Assembly: GCA_031385045.1 (NCBI GenBank)
Contig: JANNBC010000052.1
Coordinates: 32,001-96,000, forward strand
Length of the DNA: 64,000 nucleotides
Direction of reading: 5' to 3'
Source: a bacterium
Lineage (GTDB): Bacteria > Bdellovibrionota_C > UBA2361 > CALJRW01
Below, piece after piece: positions 42,931 through 53,024 of this stretch. The notes below the pieces were generated by a model that saw only the letters and a list, made by a program, of their open reading frames with translations, did no database searches and had not been told where the DNA came from. Each line of letters starts with the position of its first letter. Within the stretch, counting starts at the first letter, position 1. Both the position numbers and the translations under genes were made by a program.

Positions 42931-44916
42931 ATGCCTTTTTCAGAGCCAAACCCAATTAACGATCCCAAGAGCCAATCTAGGCAAGGGGATCTAACAGATC
43001 CTTCCGCCACCTTAGCTCGGATTAGTCCACTACGAAAAGATATCTTTGAATACCTAGATATATTTAGGAAATTCCTAGGAGCTTCGCCGACGCTTAATGT
43101 TTCTTGTTTAACAGCCCATTTAGCAACTTTAGTACTTGTTACTAAAGAAATATCAGCAGAAGATTTTATTTCGCGTTTTATTCCAGCAATGGAGTATTAT
43201 CCAGAGGGTCGAGATACTCTCACTCAAAGTCTTTTTGCCGATCCCATTGAAACTGAAATCCAATTACAAAAATCATTAGAGCTAGCTCTGATTGTGACAG
43301 TTTTAAAAAAAGATCCTGAGGCAATCAATGCCTGCTTGTTCTGCATCGGTCGCTATCTTAAAAATTGTGCCTCAAGTATTCCGACCACAACTGAGGATTC
43401 TTCGCAAACGCAGGTTCCAGATTACGAAGATTTTGTTGATACAATTAAATCTGGCCAGCTAACCAGTCTACGAAGAGTTTTAGCAACTGTGATCCAGGAA
43501 GATCCTGAGCTACTAATTAATGTTGGGTACCATTTAAAAGATTTACCAGAGTTTCAATCGGTTCTCTATCAAGAACTATTATGGGGACTTGTCACAACAA
43601 AAAATCTTAGTCCAAATCAGATTAAATTAGCCAGTATTTTACCAGGAGATGTTTTGGCTTTAAGTCAAATTTTGATTGATCGATATTGTCTCGAGCCGGA
43701 GGAAGTGGATTCAACTACTAAAGAATCAAGTGGTGGATTGTTAGAGCAAGAAGATCAGGATTTAGATTCTGACTCTGGAGGGAATAATGGCGTTGCGGGA
43801 CGAGATATTTGTCGAATGTTTGCCATTGATTTGAAATCTGCATTCATGTGCTTTCAGGCTCGTCATGGCTCGCTAGTACTAAGCATGGATCATTATGACG
43901 AAACTGAATTCGAGGATGACGTTCTAAAGCTTAGTGTTTTATTTATTGCTCGTCTGGGGAGTTTAAAATTCAATCCATATTCTCAGGATTTAATTTTAGC
44001 ACATGAAAGTTTTGTGCGAGCAGAAAAAGATTTTGCTTTTCAGGAGCAGTTCATTAAAAAATTATTACAGTTAAATCAGGTTGGCCAAGCGCAAGGTTAC
44101 TTAAGTGCCATTCGTAAAAATCGCGATCAGATTCTTGCTGATGAACCTTGTTTATTACAAACATTTGCTAGCTTTGTTCAGGCTTACTCTTCTTTTAATA
44201 CTTTAAAGGCAGAGCCTTTTTTAGATCGATTGTTTGATTTGGAAGATTGTTTCGCAGAGCCAAAAGATTTTTTAAAATCAGCAATGATTGCGCTCGAGGA
44301 GTCCTTTAAATTTCCAGCAGTTCAAGATCGATTACTCAAGGAGCTTACTAGGGCGGAGCCGCAGATTAGAGCTCTGATTCCCGCAAGGAGTTATGCCATC
44401 CTAGCTAGGGAGTTATTAATTTTAGAGCGCTATGATGATGCTAGTATGTTAGCTGAATTGGCTGGGGGACTTTCCGCGCTAACTGGTAGATTAATCCATG
44501 CAAATTTAGATGCCAGTTTAAGTTTAAGTCAGAAGGGAAGAAGTGATTCTGCGAAGTTAGCGCTAGAAGATGCTCTGGAGTTAATGGGCATAGACATTAA
44601 TCAACCTAAGATTGATCCGAAGAAATTAGCTGCAACAGAAGGGGATTATTGTTATACAATTAGTAAAATCCTTCGCGTTGCGCTTGACGTTGGTAAAGAT
44701 AGTTTTGCACTAAAGCTACTTGGCTCGATTAAGCAGGCGTTGTATCGGGTTAAGGATTCTCAAATGGCGGCCGAACAAGCTTTAGATTTTCATCATATTG
44801 TTACTGAAGCCTATTTCGATAGTCATGGCTTACTTGGCTCTAAGCTACTTAAGGAGTATTTTTGTATTTATAATGACCTTCAACATCTCTATCAGCGGGG
44901 TGGTTTCTCTGAATAA
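42931..44916 (+). CDS. Hypothetical alpha-helical protein (661 aa)
   Basis: Long ORF with an acidic low-complexity linker and no recognisable motif. Confidence 0.7.
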   Translation: MPFSEPNPINDPKSQSRQGDLTDPSATLARISPLRKDIFEYLDIFRKFLGASPTLNVSCLTAHLATLVLVTKEISAEDFISRFIPAMEYYPEGRDTLTQSLFADPIETEIQLQKSLELALIVTVLKKDPEAINACLFCIGRYLKNCASSIPTTTEDSSQTQVPDYEDFVDTIKSGQLTSLRRVLATVIQEDPELLINVGYHLKDLPEFQSVLYQELLWGLVTTKNLSPNQIKLASILPGDVLALSQILIDRYCLEPEEVDSTTKESSGGLLEQEDQDLDSDSGGNNGVAGRDICRMFAIDLKSAFMCFQARHGSLVLSMDHYDETEFEDDVLKLSVLFIARLGSLKFNPYSQDLILAHESFVRAEKDFAFQEQFIKKLLQLNQVGQAQGYLSAIRKNRDQILADEPCLLQTFASFVQAYSSFNTLKAEPFLDRLFDLEDCFAEPKDFLKSAMIALEESFKFPAVQDRLLKELTRAEPQIRALIPARSYAILARELLILERYDDASMLAELAGGLSALTGRLIHANLDASLSLSQKGRSDSAKLALEDALELMGIDINQPKIDPKKLAATEGDYCYTISKILRVALDVGKDSFALKLLGSIKQALYRVKDSQMAAEQALDFHHIVTEAYFDSHGLLGSKLLKEYFCIYNDLQHLYQRGGFSE

Positions 44917-45156
44917 TCTTGCATGGCATGTCATGCAAGTATATGGCTAGGCGATTCGCTGGTTCTAGCCATCTCCAAAATTACAAAATTTAGATAGTGC
45001 CTGTAAATTCAGGTAGCAAGGTCTTTTTTATTTAGAGATTCAGTCTGATTTTCTTTTCGCTAAGGCTCTAAAATGTTCGCTGGAAATTTTTTTCGGCTTT
45101 GACCAAATAATTTACTTAGTGTAAAAATACCCACAAAAATTCTAATTAAAAAATTA

Positions 45157-45819
45157 ATGTTGGGTTTAATATCTTTAAAATTTCTCCGTAATAATCGCTA
45201 TTATCCATTTGCAATGCTTCTAGTCCTTTTCTGTGGAGCGCTTGTTGGTAATCTCTCTGCCGAAGATGCTGCTGGATATCAGAGTGTCGGGAAAAGAGCT
45301 GGTGTTTGGAATGATGGACAGGCTGCTCTTTGGGATTTGAATATTATCGATCATTTTCACTACTTTGGTCCTGTCGCTCGTGCGCGTGGACATAAGCCAG
45401 AGCAGCCAATTAAGTTCAGTCACGTGACTCACGTCCAAAAAAATAAAATGGAATGTCAGTTTTGTCACTGGACATCAGCCAAGTCACCTTATGCGGCAAT
45501 CCCTGAAGTCCAAACATGTATGGGCTGTCATAGTCTGATTGGCGGAACAACTCCTGAGCAACAAGGGGAGATCGCTAAAATTAAAGATTATTATGCTAAA
45601 GGCGAGCCAATTCCCTGGGCCAAGGTTCACGTTATGCCTGACTATGTGAAGTTCAATCATAAGCGTCACGTTAAGGCGGGAGTAGGTTGTCAAGAATGTC
45701 ATGGGCAAATTCAAGAAATGGAACAAGTTGAAAGAGTATCTTCAATGAAGATGGGTTGGTGTATCGATTGCCATCGGGAAAGAGGTGCTAATATCGATTG
45801 TGCAGTCTGTCACCATTAG
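45157..45819 (+). CDS. actA: Alternative complex III pentaheme cytochrome c ActA
   Basis: Five CxxCH motifs (CQFCH, CMGCH, CQECH, CIDCH, CAVCH), QPIKFSH, PDYVKFNH and MGWC. Confidence 0.92.
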   Translation: MLGLISLKFLRNNRYYPFAMLLVLFCGALVGNLSAEDAAGYQSVGKRAGVWNDGQAALWDLNIIDHFHYFGPVARARGHKPEQPIKFSHVTHVQKNKMECQFCHWTSAKSPYAAIPEVQTCMGCHSLIGGTTPEQQGEIAKIKDYYAKGEPIPWAKVHVMPDYVKFNHKRHVKAGVGCQECHGQIQEMEQVERVSSMKMGWCIDCHRERGANIDCAVCHH

Positions 45820-45840
45820 TTTTTAAAATAAGTCGTAGCA

Positions 45841-48819
45841 ATGCAGAAAAAATCTTTAACGATCCTTGGTCAAAACGAAAATATTGAAAGTGAAGGTCTT
45901 TCCCGAAGAAGCTTTTTAAAAGTCTTGGGAGCCGCTACTGCGACAACGGCAGTTGCTTGCGCCGATAAAGCTGATCAAATAATTTACCCTAACGTCAAAG
46001 GTGACGCCACTCAGATTCCCGGTGTTCCGAGTTGGTATAGTTCTACTTGTACTCAGTGTGATGCAGGTTGTGGAGTAAACTATAAAACTTACGAAGGTCG
46101 GGTTACGATTGTTGAAGGTAATAAAAGTCACCCAATTAACAAAGGTGGTTTGTGTGCTATTGGACATTCTGCCCTTCAAGATCATTACGATCCAGATCGT
46201 GTTCGTCAGCCGTTAGAAAAAGATTCTAATGGTGTTTTTCAACCAATTACTTGGAAAGCAGCTTATACAAAAATTAAGCAAGCGATGGTTGATAATTCAA
46301 AGCGTGCCTTTTTAACTAAGCCTTTAAATGGGAGCTTGGAAAAACTTGTAGCTGAGTGGTCAAAGGATGTTGGTGTTGAGCATTATACTTATGAGCCATT
46401 AGATTACTCGCAGTTGGCGAAAGCAACTGCTGCTGTTTATGGTGCTAATTATAATGGAGTTCCTCATTATGACTTCTCTAAGGCTGAAGTTGTTGTAAAC
46501 TTTGGTGCTGATTTCTTAGAAACTTGGATCTCCCCATGTGAATTCTCCAGAGACTGGGCTAAGTCTAGAAAATCTAAAAAACCAGTTCGTGTTTTTCAAG
46601 TTGAGCCACGCCTGTCGCTAACAGGTGCTAATGCCGATCATCATTTAAAATGTAAGCCTGGCACGGAATTATTAATTGCTAAGGCAATCTTAAAAGAATT
46701 ACTGTCTCGAGGTAAAAATAATTTACCAGCTAGCTTGTTAGGTGAATTAGAAGTTTCTCTAGCTGGAATATCAATTGATGTTGTTGCTAAGCTTTCTAAT
46801 CTGAAAATTGAAAAAATTGTTAGCGCGGCTCAGAGACTAGCGGAAGCTAAGACTTCCTTGGTGATTGCTGGTGGCGCAAGTGCTAAAACAAATAATGAAT
46901 ACGATTTACAAGTTGTTTGTGCCTTAATTAACCGAGTTCTTGGTAACGTCGGTCAGACAATTAATCTTGATCGACTTCGAGCAGTAAAAAGTGATTTCCA
47001 GAAAGTTAAATCATTAATCGCGGAAATTAACGATAACAAATACTCCGTCTTGTTTGTTGATGGGTCTAATCCACTTTTTACAATTCCTTCTGATTATAAA
47101 TTTGGATTAGCGATTAAGAAGTTAGATTTAGTTGTGAGTTTTGCTTCACATTTAGATGAAACAACTAAAGAAGCTAATTTAGTTCTTCCAGCTTCTAGTA
47201 GTATCGAGTCTTGGGGCGATCATCAGCCATATGTTGGGGTAAATAGTTTAGTACAGCCAGCAATGACACCGGTTTTTGATACTGTTAGCCTAGGCGACAT
47301 GCTTTTAAAGCTAACAACAAATGAAGCTCTCAAGAAATTTCCTGAGTTTCAAGATTATTTAAAAGCGCAGTGGCAGCAGGTTCATGCTAGTGCTGGTGTT
47401 GCTGAAAACTTTGAAACTTTTTGGAAGAAATCTTTAGAGCGTGGTGGATATTTTGCTGAGCAAAAATCTGTTGCTCAATTGGGTGCTCTTGGGGCAGTAA
47501 TTGTTACGGCCAAGTTAGATATGGCAAGCTTTGATAGCACTAAGATTCAGCAAAAATCTGACTTAGTTTTACTTCCCTATGCGTCAGTTAAAACTTTTGA
47601 TGGTCGCGCTGCTAACCGTCCATGGATGCAAGAATTACCAGATCCAATTACAAAAATTGCTTGGGATACTTGGGCAGAAATTAATACCAAAACTGCGGAA
47701 GCTAAGAAGATCAAGACGGGTGATCTTGTTAAGATTAGTAACTACTATGGCGAACTTAATGTTCCAGCTTATGTTACTGATCACGTAGATGAGAACGTTA
47801 TTGCTGTTCCGCTTGGTAACGGACATAGTGATTTTGGACGCTATGCTAGTTCTGTCGGGGGTGGAAACGTTTACAATTTAATTCCAAGCGATAAGGCTGA
47901 TCATTTACAACTTTTCACTGCGCATGTTGAGTTAAAGCGTGCACTTGGGAAGCGCAAGGTCGCTAATACTCAGGATGTAAAAGATAGTGATAAACAAGGG
48001 GATCGTGGGATTGCCCGGACAACTTATATCGAAACTAAAGTTCCTGGTGAGCATAAAGAGAATCATGAAGAGCATGGCGCCCACCACGAGCCAGAGCAAA
48101 TGTATATTCAGCGTGAGCACCCACTTTATCAATGGGGTATGGTTGTTGATTTAGCTGCATGTACTGGTTGTTCAGCTTGCGTTACAGCTTGTTATGCTGA
48201 GAATAATATTCCCACAGTGGGTCGTAAGATTATGACTGAAGGGCGAGAGATGTCTTGGTTACGACTAGAAAGATATGATGATGGTACTTCCGAAGATCTG
48301 CAAATCAGTTTCATTCCTGCAATGTGCCAGCATTGTCAAAATGCTCCATGCGAACCAGTTTGCCCAGTCTACGCGACTTATCATAATGAAGATGGACTAA
48401 ATGTTATGGTTTATAACCGTTGTGTTGGTACAAGGTATTGCGCCAATAACTGTGTTTATAAACAAAGACGATTTAACTGGTATGAATATGAATTACCAGA
48501 GCCCTTAGATATGCAGCTTAACCCAGAAGTAATGAAACGTGTTGCTGGGGTAATGGAGAAGTGTAGTTTCTGCGTTCACAGAATTAAAGATGCTAAAGAT
48601 CATGCTAAGGATGAAGGACGTTTAGTTGCCGATGGCGAAGTTCAGCCGGCTTGCGTTAAATCTTGTCCAACTGAAGCTTTAGTTTTTGGTGATTTAAACG
48701 ATCCAAATTCTAGAGTTAGCAAGTTAGCGAAACATGAACGGGCCTATAAAATCCTAGATCATCATTTGAACACTCAACCATCGGTTAGTTATTTAGATAA
48801 TTTAAAATATAAAGCGTAA
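45841..48819 (+). CDS. actB: Alternative complex III subunit ActB (molybdopterin-oxidoreductase-like plus Fe-S domain)
   Basis: Tat motif SRRSFLK, ANRPWMQELPDP, CTGCSACVTAC, CQHCQNAPCEPVCP, CVGTRYCANNC, and EKCSFC...ACVKSCP. Confidence 0.93.
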   Translation: MQKKSLTILGQNENIESEGLSRRSFLKVLGAATATTAVACADKADQIIYPNVKGDATQIPGVPSWYSSTCTQCDAGCGVNYKTYEGRVTIVEGNKSHPINKGGLCAIGHSALQDHYDPDRVRQPLEKDSNGVFQPITWKAAYTKIKQAMVDNSKRAFLTKPLNGSLEKLVAEWSKDVGVEHYTYEPLDYSQLAKATAAVYGANYNGVPHYDFSKAEVVVNFGADFLETWISPCEFSRDWAKSRKSKKPVRVFQVEPRLSLTGANADHHLKCKPGTELLIAKAILKELLSRGKNNLPASLLGELEVSLAGISIDVVAKLSNLKIEKIVSAAQRLAEAKTSLVIAGGASAKTNNEYDLQVVCALINRVLGNVGQTINLDRLRAVKSDFQKVKSLIAEINDNKYSVLFVDGSNPLFTIPSDYKFGLAIKKLDLVVSFASHLDETTKEANLVLPASSSIESWGDHQPYVGVNSLVQPAMTPVFDTVSLGDMLLKLTTNEALKKFPEFQDYLKAQWQQVHASAGVAENFETFWKKSLERGGYFAEQKSVAQLGALGAVIVTAKLDMASFDSTKIQQKSDLVLLPYASVKTFDGRAANRPWMQELPDPITKIAWDTWAEINTKTAEAKKIKTGDLVKISNYYGELNVPAYVTDHVDENVIAVPLGNGHSDFGRYASSVGGGNVYNLIPSDKADHLQLFTAHVELKRALGKRKVANTQDVKDSDKQGDRGIARTTYIETKVPGEHKENHEEHGAHHEPEQMYIQREHPLYQWGMVVDLAACTGCSACVTACYAENNIPTVGRKIMTEGREMSWLRLERYDDGTSEDLQISFIPAMCQHCQNAPCEPVCPVYATYHNEDGLNVMVYNRCVGTRYCANNCVYKQRRFNWYEYELPEPLDMQLNPEVMKRVAGVMEKCSFCVHRIKDAKDHAKDEGRLVADGEVQPACVKSCPTEALVFGDLNDPNSRVSKLAKHERAYKILDHHLNTQPSVSYLDNLKYKA

Positions 48820-50180
48820 TGAGTACGGAAGTTACAAAATATAGTGGGGACGTCACTTATCATGAAGTGAACGAAACTGTACTAAGCATGTTGGAAAAAC
48901 CAACATTTGGCTGGTATGTGCTTTTACTAACTTGTATTTGCACTTGGGTCATGGGGTTTGGTTGTTGGATCTCGATGATGATTTATGGTTTAGGGATGAC
49001 TGGTTTATCTCACCCAATTATGTGGGGGGTTTATATTACTAACTTCGTATTTTGGGTTGGTATTGCTCACTCTGGAACTCTCATTTCAGCAGTACTCTAT
49101 TTGTTCCGTGCAAAATTCCGTCAGCCGATTTATAGATTAGCTGAAGCAATGACAGTGTTTGCAGTAATGACTGCTGGATTATTTCCAATTATTCACGTTG
49201 GTCGACCTTGGTATGCTTATTGGTTAATGCCGGTTCCCAATGAAAGAGCCTTGTGGCCAAACTTTAAGTCACCGCTGCTTTGGGACGTATTTGCTGTATC
49301 AACTTATTTTACTGTATCAACTACTTTCTTTATTGTTGGTTTGATTCCTGATATTGCCTCTGCTCGTGATAAAGCAACATCCAAGTTTCGCAAATTACTT
49401 TATGGGATAACCTCTCTTGGTTGGACAGGAAATGCTAAGCAGTACAAAAACTATGTTGCCGCTTATTTAATTTTTGCTGCTTTAGCTACTCCGCTAGTAG
49501 TATCAGTGCACTCTGTTGTGAGCTGGGATTTCGCGATGAGTATTATCCCTGGTTGGCACGCAACGATTTTCCCGCCGTACTTCGTAGCAGGGGCTATTTT
49601 CTCAGGGGTGGCGATGGTAATTACCTTGGTAATTCCACTTCGTAAAGTTTTTAAATTAGAGCGAATCATTACTGATTTTCACTTTGATGCCATGTGTAAG
49701 TTAATTCTACTTACTAGTGGGGTTGTAACTTATGCTTATGTAACTGAGTTTTATGTTGCCTGGTTTAGTAACAACATGTTTGAAAGATACCAGTTTTGGT
49801 TCCGACCATTTGGCGAGTTTAAGTTGGCCTTCTGGGGGATGGCTTTCTGTAACTGTATGGCGCCATTAACACTTTGGTATAAGCCATTTCGTACAAACAT
49901 TGCCTACCTCTTTGTAATGTCAATTATTATTAACATCGGAATGTGGTTAGAGCGTTTTAATATTATCTTTACATCTCTTGCTAGAGATTTTATTCCAGCC
50001 GCTTGGGGTGGATACAATTTCTCCTGGATCGACGTTGGAATTACAATTGGTGCTTTTGGTTGGTTTGGAATGTGGATGACATTGTTCATTAAGTTCTTTC
50101 CATCAATTGCCATTGTTGAAGTGAAAGAGGTGATTGAGGCACCAGTTCGCGATCCGCATTCCTCAGTTCATCATCATTAG
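48819..50180 (+). CDS. actC: Alternative complex III quinol-binding subunit ActC (NrfD/PsrC family)
   Basis: WGVYITNFVFWVGIAHSGTLISA, SPLLWDVFAVSTY, SVHSVVSWDF and GMWLERF. Confidence 0.94.
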   Translation: MSTEVTKYSGDVTYHEVNETVLSMLEKPTFGWYVLLLTCICTWVMGFGCWISMMIYGLGMTGLSHPIMWGVYITNFVFWVGIAHSGTLISAVLYLFRAKFRQPIYRLAEAMTVFAVMTAGLFPIIHVGRPWYAYWLMPVPNERALWPNFKSPLLWDVFAVSTYFTVSTTFFIVGLIPDIASARDKATSKFRKLLYGITSLGWTGNAKQYKNYVAAYLIFAALATPLVVSVHSVVSWDFAMSIIPGWHATIFPPYFVAGAIFSGVAMVITLVIPLRKVFKLERIITDFHFDAMCKLILLTSGVVTYAYVTEFYVAWFSNNMFERYQFWFRPFGEFKLAFWGMAFCNCMAPLTLWYKPFRTNIAYLFVMSIIINIGMWLERFNIIFTSLARDFIPAAWGGYNFSWIDVGITIGAFGWFGMWMTLFIKFFPSIAIVEVKEVIEAPVRDPHSSVHHH

Positions 50181-50188
50181 GAAGAATT

Positions 50189-50701
50189 ATGAAAGGTCAA
50201 AAAGTAGTTGTCGGAGTTTTTACATATTTGGATGATGCCCTAAAAGGTATTCAAGTAGCCAAAGATAATGATAAAGATTATCAAGTTTACGCACCAACTT
50301 ATGTTCCAGCATTAGTACATGCTGTTGATTCCAAGCGCAGTAAGATCGCCATGATCTCACTGACTGGTGGTATTTGTGGATTAATTGCTGGCTTTGCTTT
50401 AGCGATATTAACAGGGCTTGATTGGCCAATGCGAGTTAGTGCTAAGAATATTGTTTCTATTCCAGCATATATTGTTGTTGGTTATGAGTGGACAATTTTA
50501 TGGGGAGCACTTTTTACCTTAAATGGAATGCTCTTACTTTGTCGGATTCCTAATCCTTTTCGCAAGGTTGGGTATGATCCAAGATTTTCTGATGATAAGT
50601 ATGGTGTTGTGATCGGGTGTGAGCCTGACCAAGTAGACCAGATTAAAGAGAAATTAGCCCACACTGGTGCTGATGAAGTAATGGTAAAAGAAGGTTTATA
50701 G
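50189..50701 (+). CDS. actD: Alternative complex III subunit ActD (DUF3341)
   Basis: Two TM helices, DWPMRVSAK, YEWTIL and DPRFSDDKY; position in the operon. Confidence 0.88.
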   Translation: MKGQKVVVGVFTYLDDALKGIQVAKDNDKDYQVYAPTYVPALVHAVDSKRSKIAMISLTGGICGLIAGFALAILTGLDWPMRVSAKNIVSIPAYIVVGYEWTILWGALFTLNGMLLLCRIPNPFRKVGYDPRFSDDKYGVVIGCEPDQVDQIKEKLAHTGADEVMVKEGL

Positions 50702-50702
50702 T

Positions 50703-51209
50703 ATGAAGATAAAACTACTCGTTTCCCTTTTGTTAAGCAGTTTGTGCGCAATCAATTTTGCCTCAGCCTTACCGTTTAACGATGATATGGTTGATAATCA
50801 GATTACAACTGGACAAATCATGCGTCCGCAACCAAAAGGGTCTGTATCTAAAGGATCTTTGGAATATAAAGTTGATAGCAAAGAGGCAGCACAAGCCTTG
50901 ACTAATCCTGTTCCATTAACAAAAGCTTCAGTTTTAAGAGGAAAGCGATTATTTGAAGTGAACTGTGCGGCCTGTCATGGTGTGATTGGTAAAGTTCATC
51001 AACCATCGGTTGCTGGCCCATTGTTAGGGGCTCCAAATTTAGGAGATCCACTTTATCATGATCGCACGGAAGGAAGCATTTATAGCACGATCCATTTTGG
51101 AAATGTAATTATGTATCCTGTTGGTTGGAAGCTTTCTAGCGCTGAAACTTGGGACATCATCAATTATGTTCGCAATGTACAACAAGAAAAAATTTCTCTG
51201 GAAGATTAA
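50703..51209 (+). CDS. actE: Alternative complex III monoheme cytochrome c ActE
   Basis: Signal peptide, DM..., MRPQPKGSV, NPVP, single CAACH and WDIINYVR. Confidence 0.88.
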   Translation: MKIKLLVSLLLSSLCAINFASALPFNDDMVDNQITTGQIMRPQPKGSVSKGSLEYKVDSKEAAQALTNPVPLTKASVLRGKRLFEVNCAACHGVIGKVHQPSVAGPLLGAPNLGDPLYHDRTEGSIYSTIHFGNVIMYPVGWKLSSAETWDIINYVRNVQQEKISLED

Positions 51210-51222
51210 GGAATAACTCAAT

Positions 51223-52512
51223 ATGTCACATGCTAATTACGTTAAAGTAAATATCGAAGAAGTCTTAGCTACTAAACCAATTGCTTTCTCTAAAAGATTA
51301 AGATTGTTTTTCTCGATTGCCCTAACAATCGGAATCGTTGTTTTTTCTGCCGGATTATTGTTCGCTGATAAAAAACACTTTTGGGGTGTTTTCTATGTAA
51401 ATACTCTGTTTTGGCTGGGACTCAGCTTTGGTGGTCTAGTCGCCGTGTTAATTTTTCAGATTGTGCGAGCCAAATGGTCAGCAACTTTGCGTCGACTTTG
51501 TGAAGCAAATATTGCTTTCGTACCTTATGCCTTTCTTTGCCTACTGACTACTTATATTGGGCGAGAATATTTATTTCCATGGGCTACAAAACCAATGCCG
51601 GGACGAGAGTTGTGGATGGATCCAACTTTTGTTTATTGCCGTTTTGCGATCATGTTTGGTTTGTTGATTGTTGTTTTTAAATACTATGTAAATGAAATGC
51701 TTCGTAATGATGCTGGCTTCATTAGTGAACATCCTCAGTATAAAAAGAATTGGGCTTCAGCCTTAACCCCAGCATTTCTAAAAAACTGGAAAGGTTCTGA
51801 GCAAGAAATTAAGCCAACTCAAAGAAAACTAAATCGCATGGCTCCAGTTATGGTTTTCATGTATGTAGTTATTTACTCCTTGTTTGCCTTCGAAATGATC
51901 ATGGGTATGGATACTGTTTGGTATTCCAACATGTTTGGTGGTTTTAATTTTGTTGGTAATATCTCCATGGGCTGGGCGGTATTAGCAATCAGCATTTTTT
52001 ATCACTCCAGTTTAAATAAAGATTTCGCTAAAGTTGTTAATAAAGATCAGCTTTGGGATTTAGGGAAACTACAATTAGGATTTACGATCCTTTGGGGATA
52101 CTTATTTCTTAGTCAGTATTTGCCTCAGTGGTATGGTAACTTACCAGAAGAAACTGCTTGGATGTTAACTCGAGTACGAGGAACTTGGATGCCACTTAGC
52201 TACTTTGTTTTTTCTTGTTGCTTCATTATTCCTTTTGTTATGCTTCTTAGTGAAGATATTAAAAAGACTCGATGGGCATACTTAACTACAGTAACTATCA
52301 TCTTAATTGGTTATTGGTTTGAAAAATATGTTGTGGTTATGCCGCAATTATTTCCAAATGAAATTCCACTTGGTCGAAGCTATGGGACACTTGAGATTGG
52401 CTTATTTTTAGGCTTCTTAGGTGCTTATGGGCTTTGTATCCAGAGTTTTCTTGCTAAATTCCCTTATATCGCGGTTTCGCATCCACTTACTAAGGGATCT
52501 ACGGAGTGGTAG
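51223..52512 (+). CDS. actF: Alternative complex III subunit ActF
   Basis: WYSNMFG, DLGKL, WGYLFLSQYLPQWYGNLPEE and about 10 TM helices. Confidence 0.9.
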   Translation: MSHANYVKVNIEEVLATKPIAFSKRLRLFFSIALTIGIVVFSAGLLFADKKHFWGVFYVNTLFWLGLSFGGLVAVLIFQIVRAKWSATLRRLCEANIAFVPYAFLCLLTTYIGREYLFPWATKPMPGRELWMDPTFVYCRFAIMFGLLIVVFKYYVNEMLRNDAGFISEHPQYKKNWASALTPAFLKNWKGSEQEIKPTQRKLNRMAPVMVFMYVVIYSLFAFEMIMGMDTVWYSNMFGGFNFVGNISMGWAVLAISIFYHSSLNKDFAKVVNKDQLWDLGKLQLGFTILWGYLFLSQYLPQWYGNLPEETAWMLTRVRGTWMPLSYFVFSCCFIIPFVMLLSEDIKKTRWAYLTTVTIILIGYWFEKYVVVMPQLFPNEIPLGRSYGTLEIGLFLGFLGAYGLCIQSFLAKFPYIAVSHPLTKGSTEW

Positions 52513-52532
52513 ATATTTAAAGGCCTTTTGGT

Positions 52533-52663
52533 GTTTCTGCAACTCGCTAAACTCCTTAAGAGGACAGTGTCCGCCTTCGCTTCCCCCCCCCCCGTTAAAG
52601 TTAGGAAGGATAAGAACGCTACGGCGTGATGCAGTCCCTAGGGGACTGCACTTGATCAGAAAC
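52533..52663. repeat. Composite hairpin region after actF containing a REP-like unit with an expanded loop
   Basis: GTCCGCCTTCGC (52569) and GCTACGGCG (52618) arms, TGCAGTCCC-TAG-GGGACTGCA hairpin at 52630-52650, and outer GTTTCTG/CAGAAAC. Confidence 0.55.
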
Positions 52664-52706
52664 TAATAATTTGTTATAAAAACGACCTCTTTTTAAAAGT
52701 AATAAT

Positions 52707-52883
52707 ATGCCAGTTCCAAAGAAAAAAACATCAGTTTCTCGTCAAAGAATGCGTAGATCTCACCATGGTTTGACTGCCAAGTCTGGTATTGTTTGTTCCC
52801 ATTGTGGTGAGCAGATTGTTGCTCATAGAGTATGTCAGCATTGTGGTCATTACAAAGGTTCAAAAGTTTTAAATGTTGCTTAG
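52707..52883 (+). CDS. rpmF: 50S ribosomal protein L32 (Zn-ribbon form), absent from the ORF track
   Basis: MPVPKKKTSVSRQRMRRSHHGLTAKSGIVCSHCGEQIVAHRVCQHCGHYKGSKVLNVA*; lies upstream of plsX. Confidence 0.97.
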   Translation: MPVPKKKTSVSRQRMRRSHHGLTAKSGIVCSHCGEQIVAHRVCQHCGHYKGSKVLNVA

Positions 52884-53024
52884 TAATTAGCACTAATCGG
52901 TGTTGATTTAGCGGATTTTAAAAAACTTATTTCCTTTATCAGTTAGATATATCAAGCTTCAAAATTATCAGTACTGTTTTGATGTTTGTTATTAGCTTCG
53001 GTTAAATTCTAATTTTTTCAGTTC

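Noticed and set aside
52421..52666. 81-aa ORF spanning the actF end
   Set aside because: Runs through the hairpin/REP region and a poly-C tract; no actG-like or other features.
52693..52893. 66-aa minus-strand ORF
   Set aside because: Antisense shadow of rpmF (52707-52883, +).
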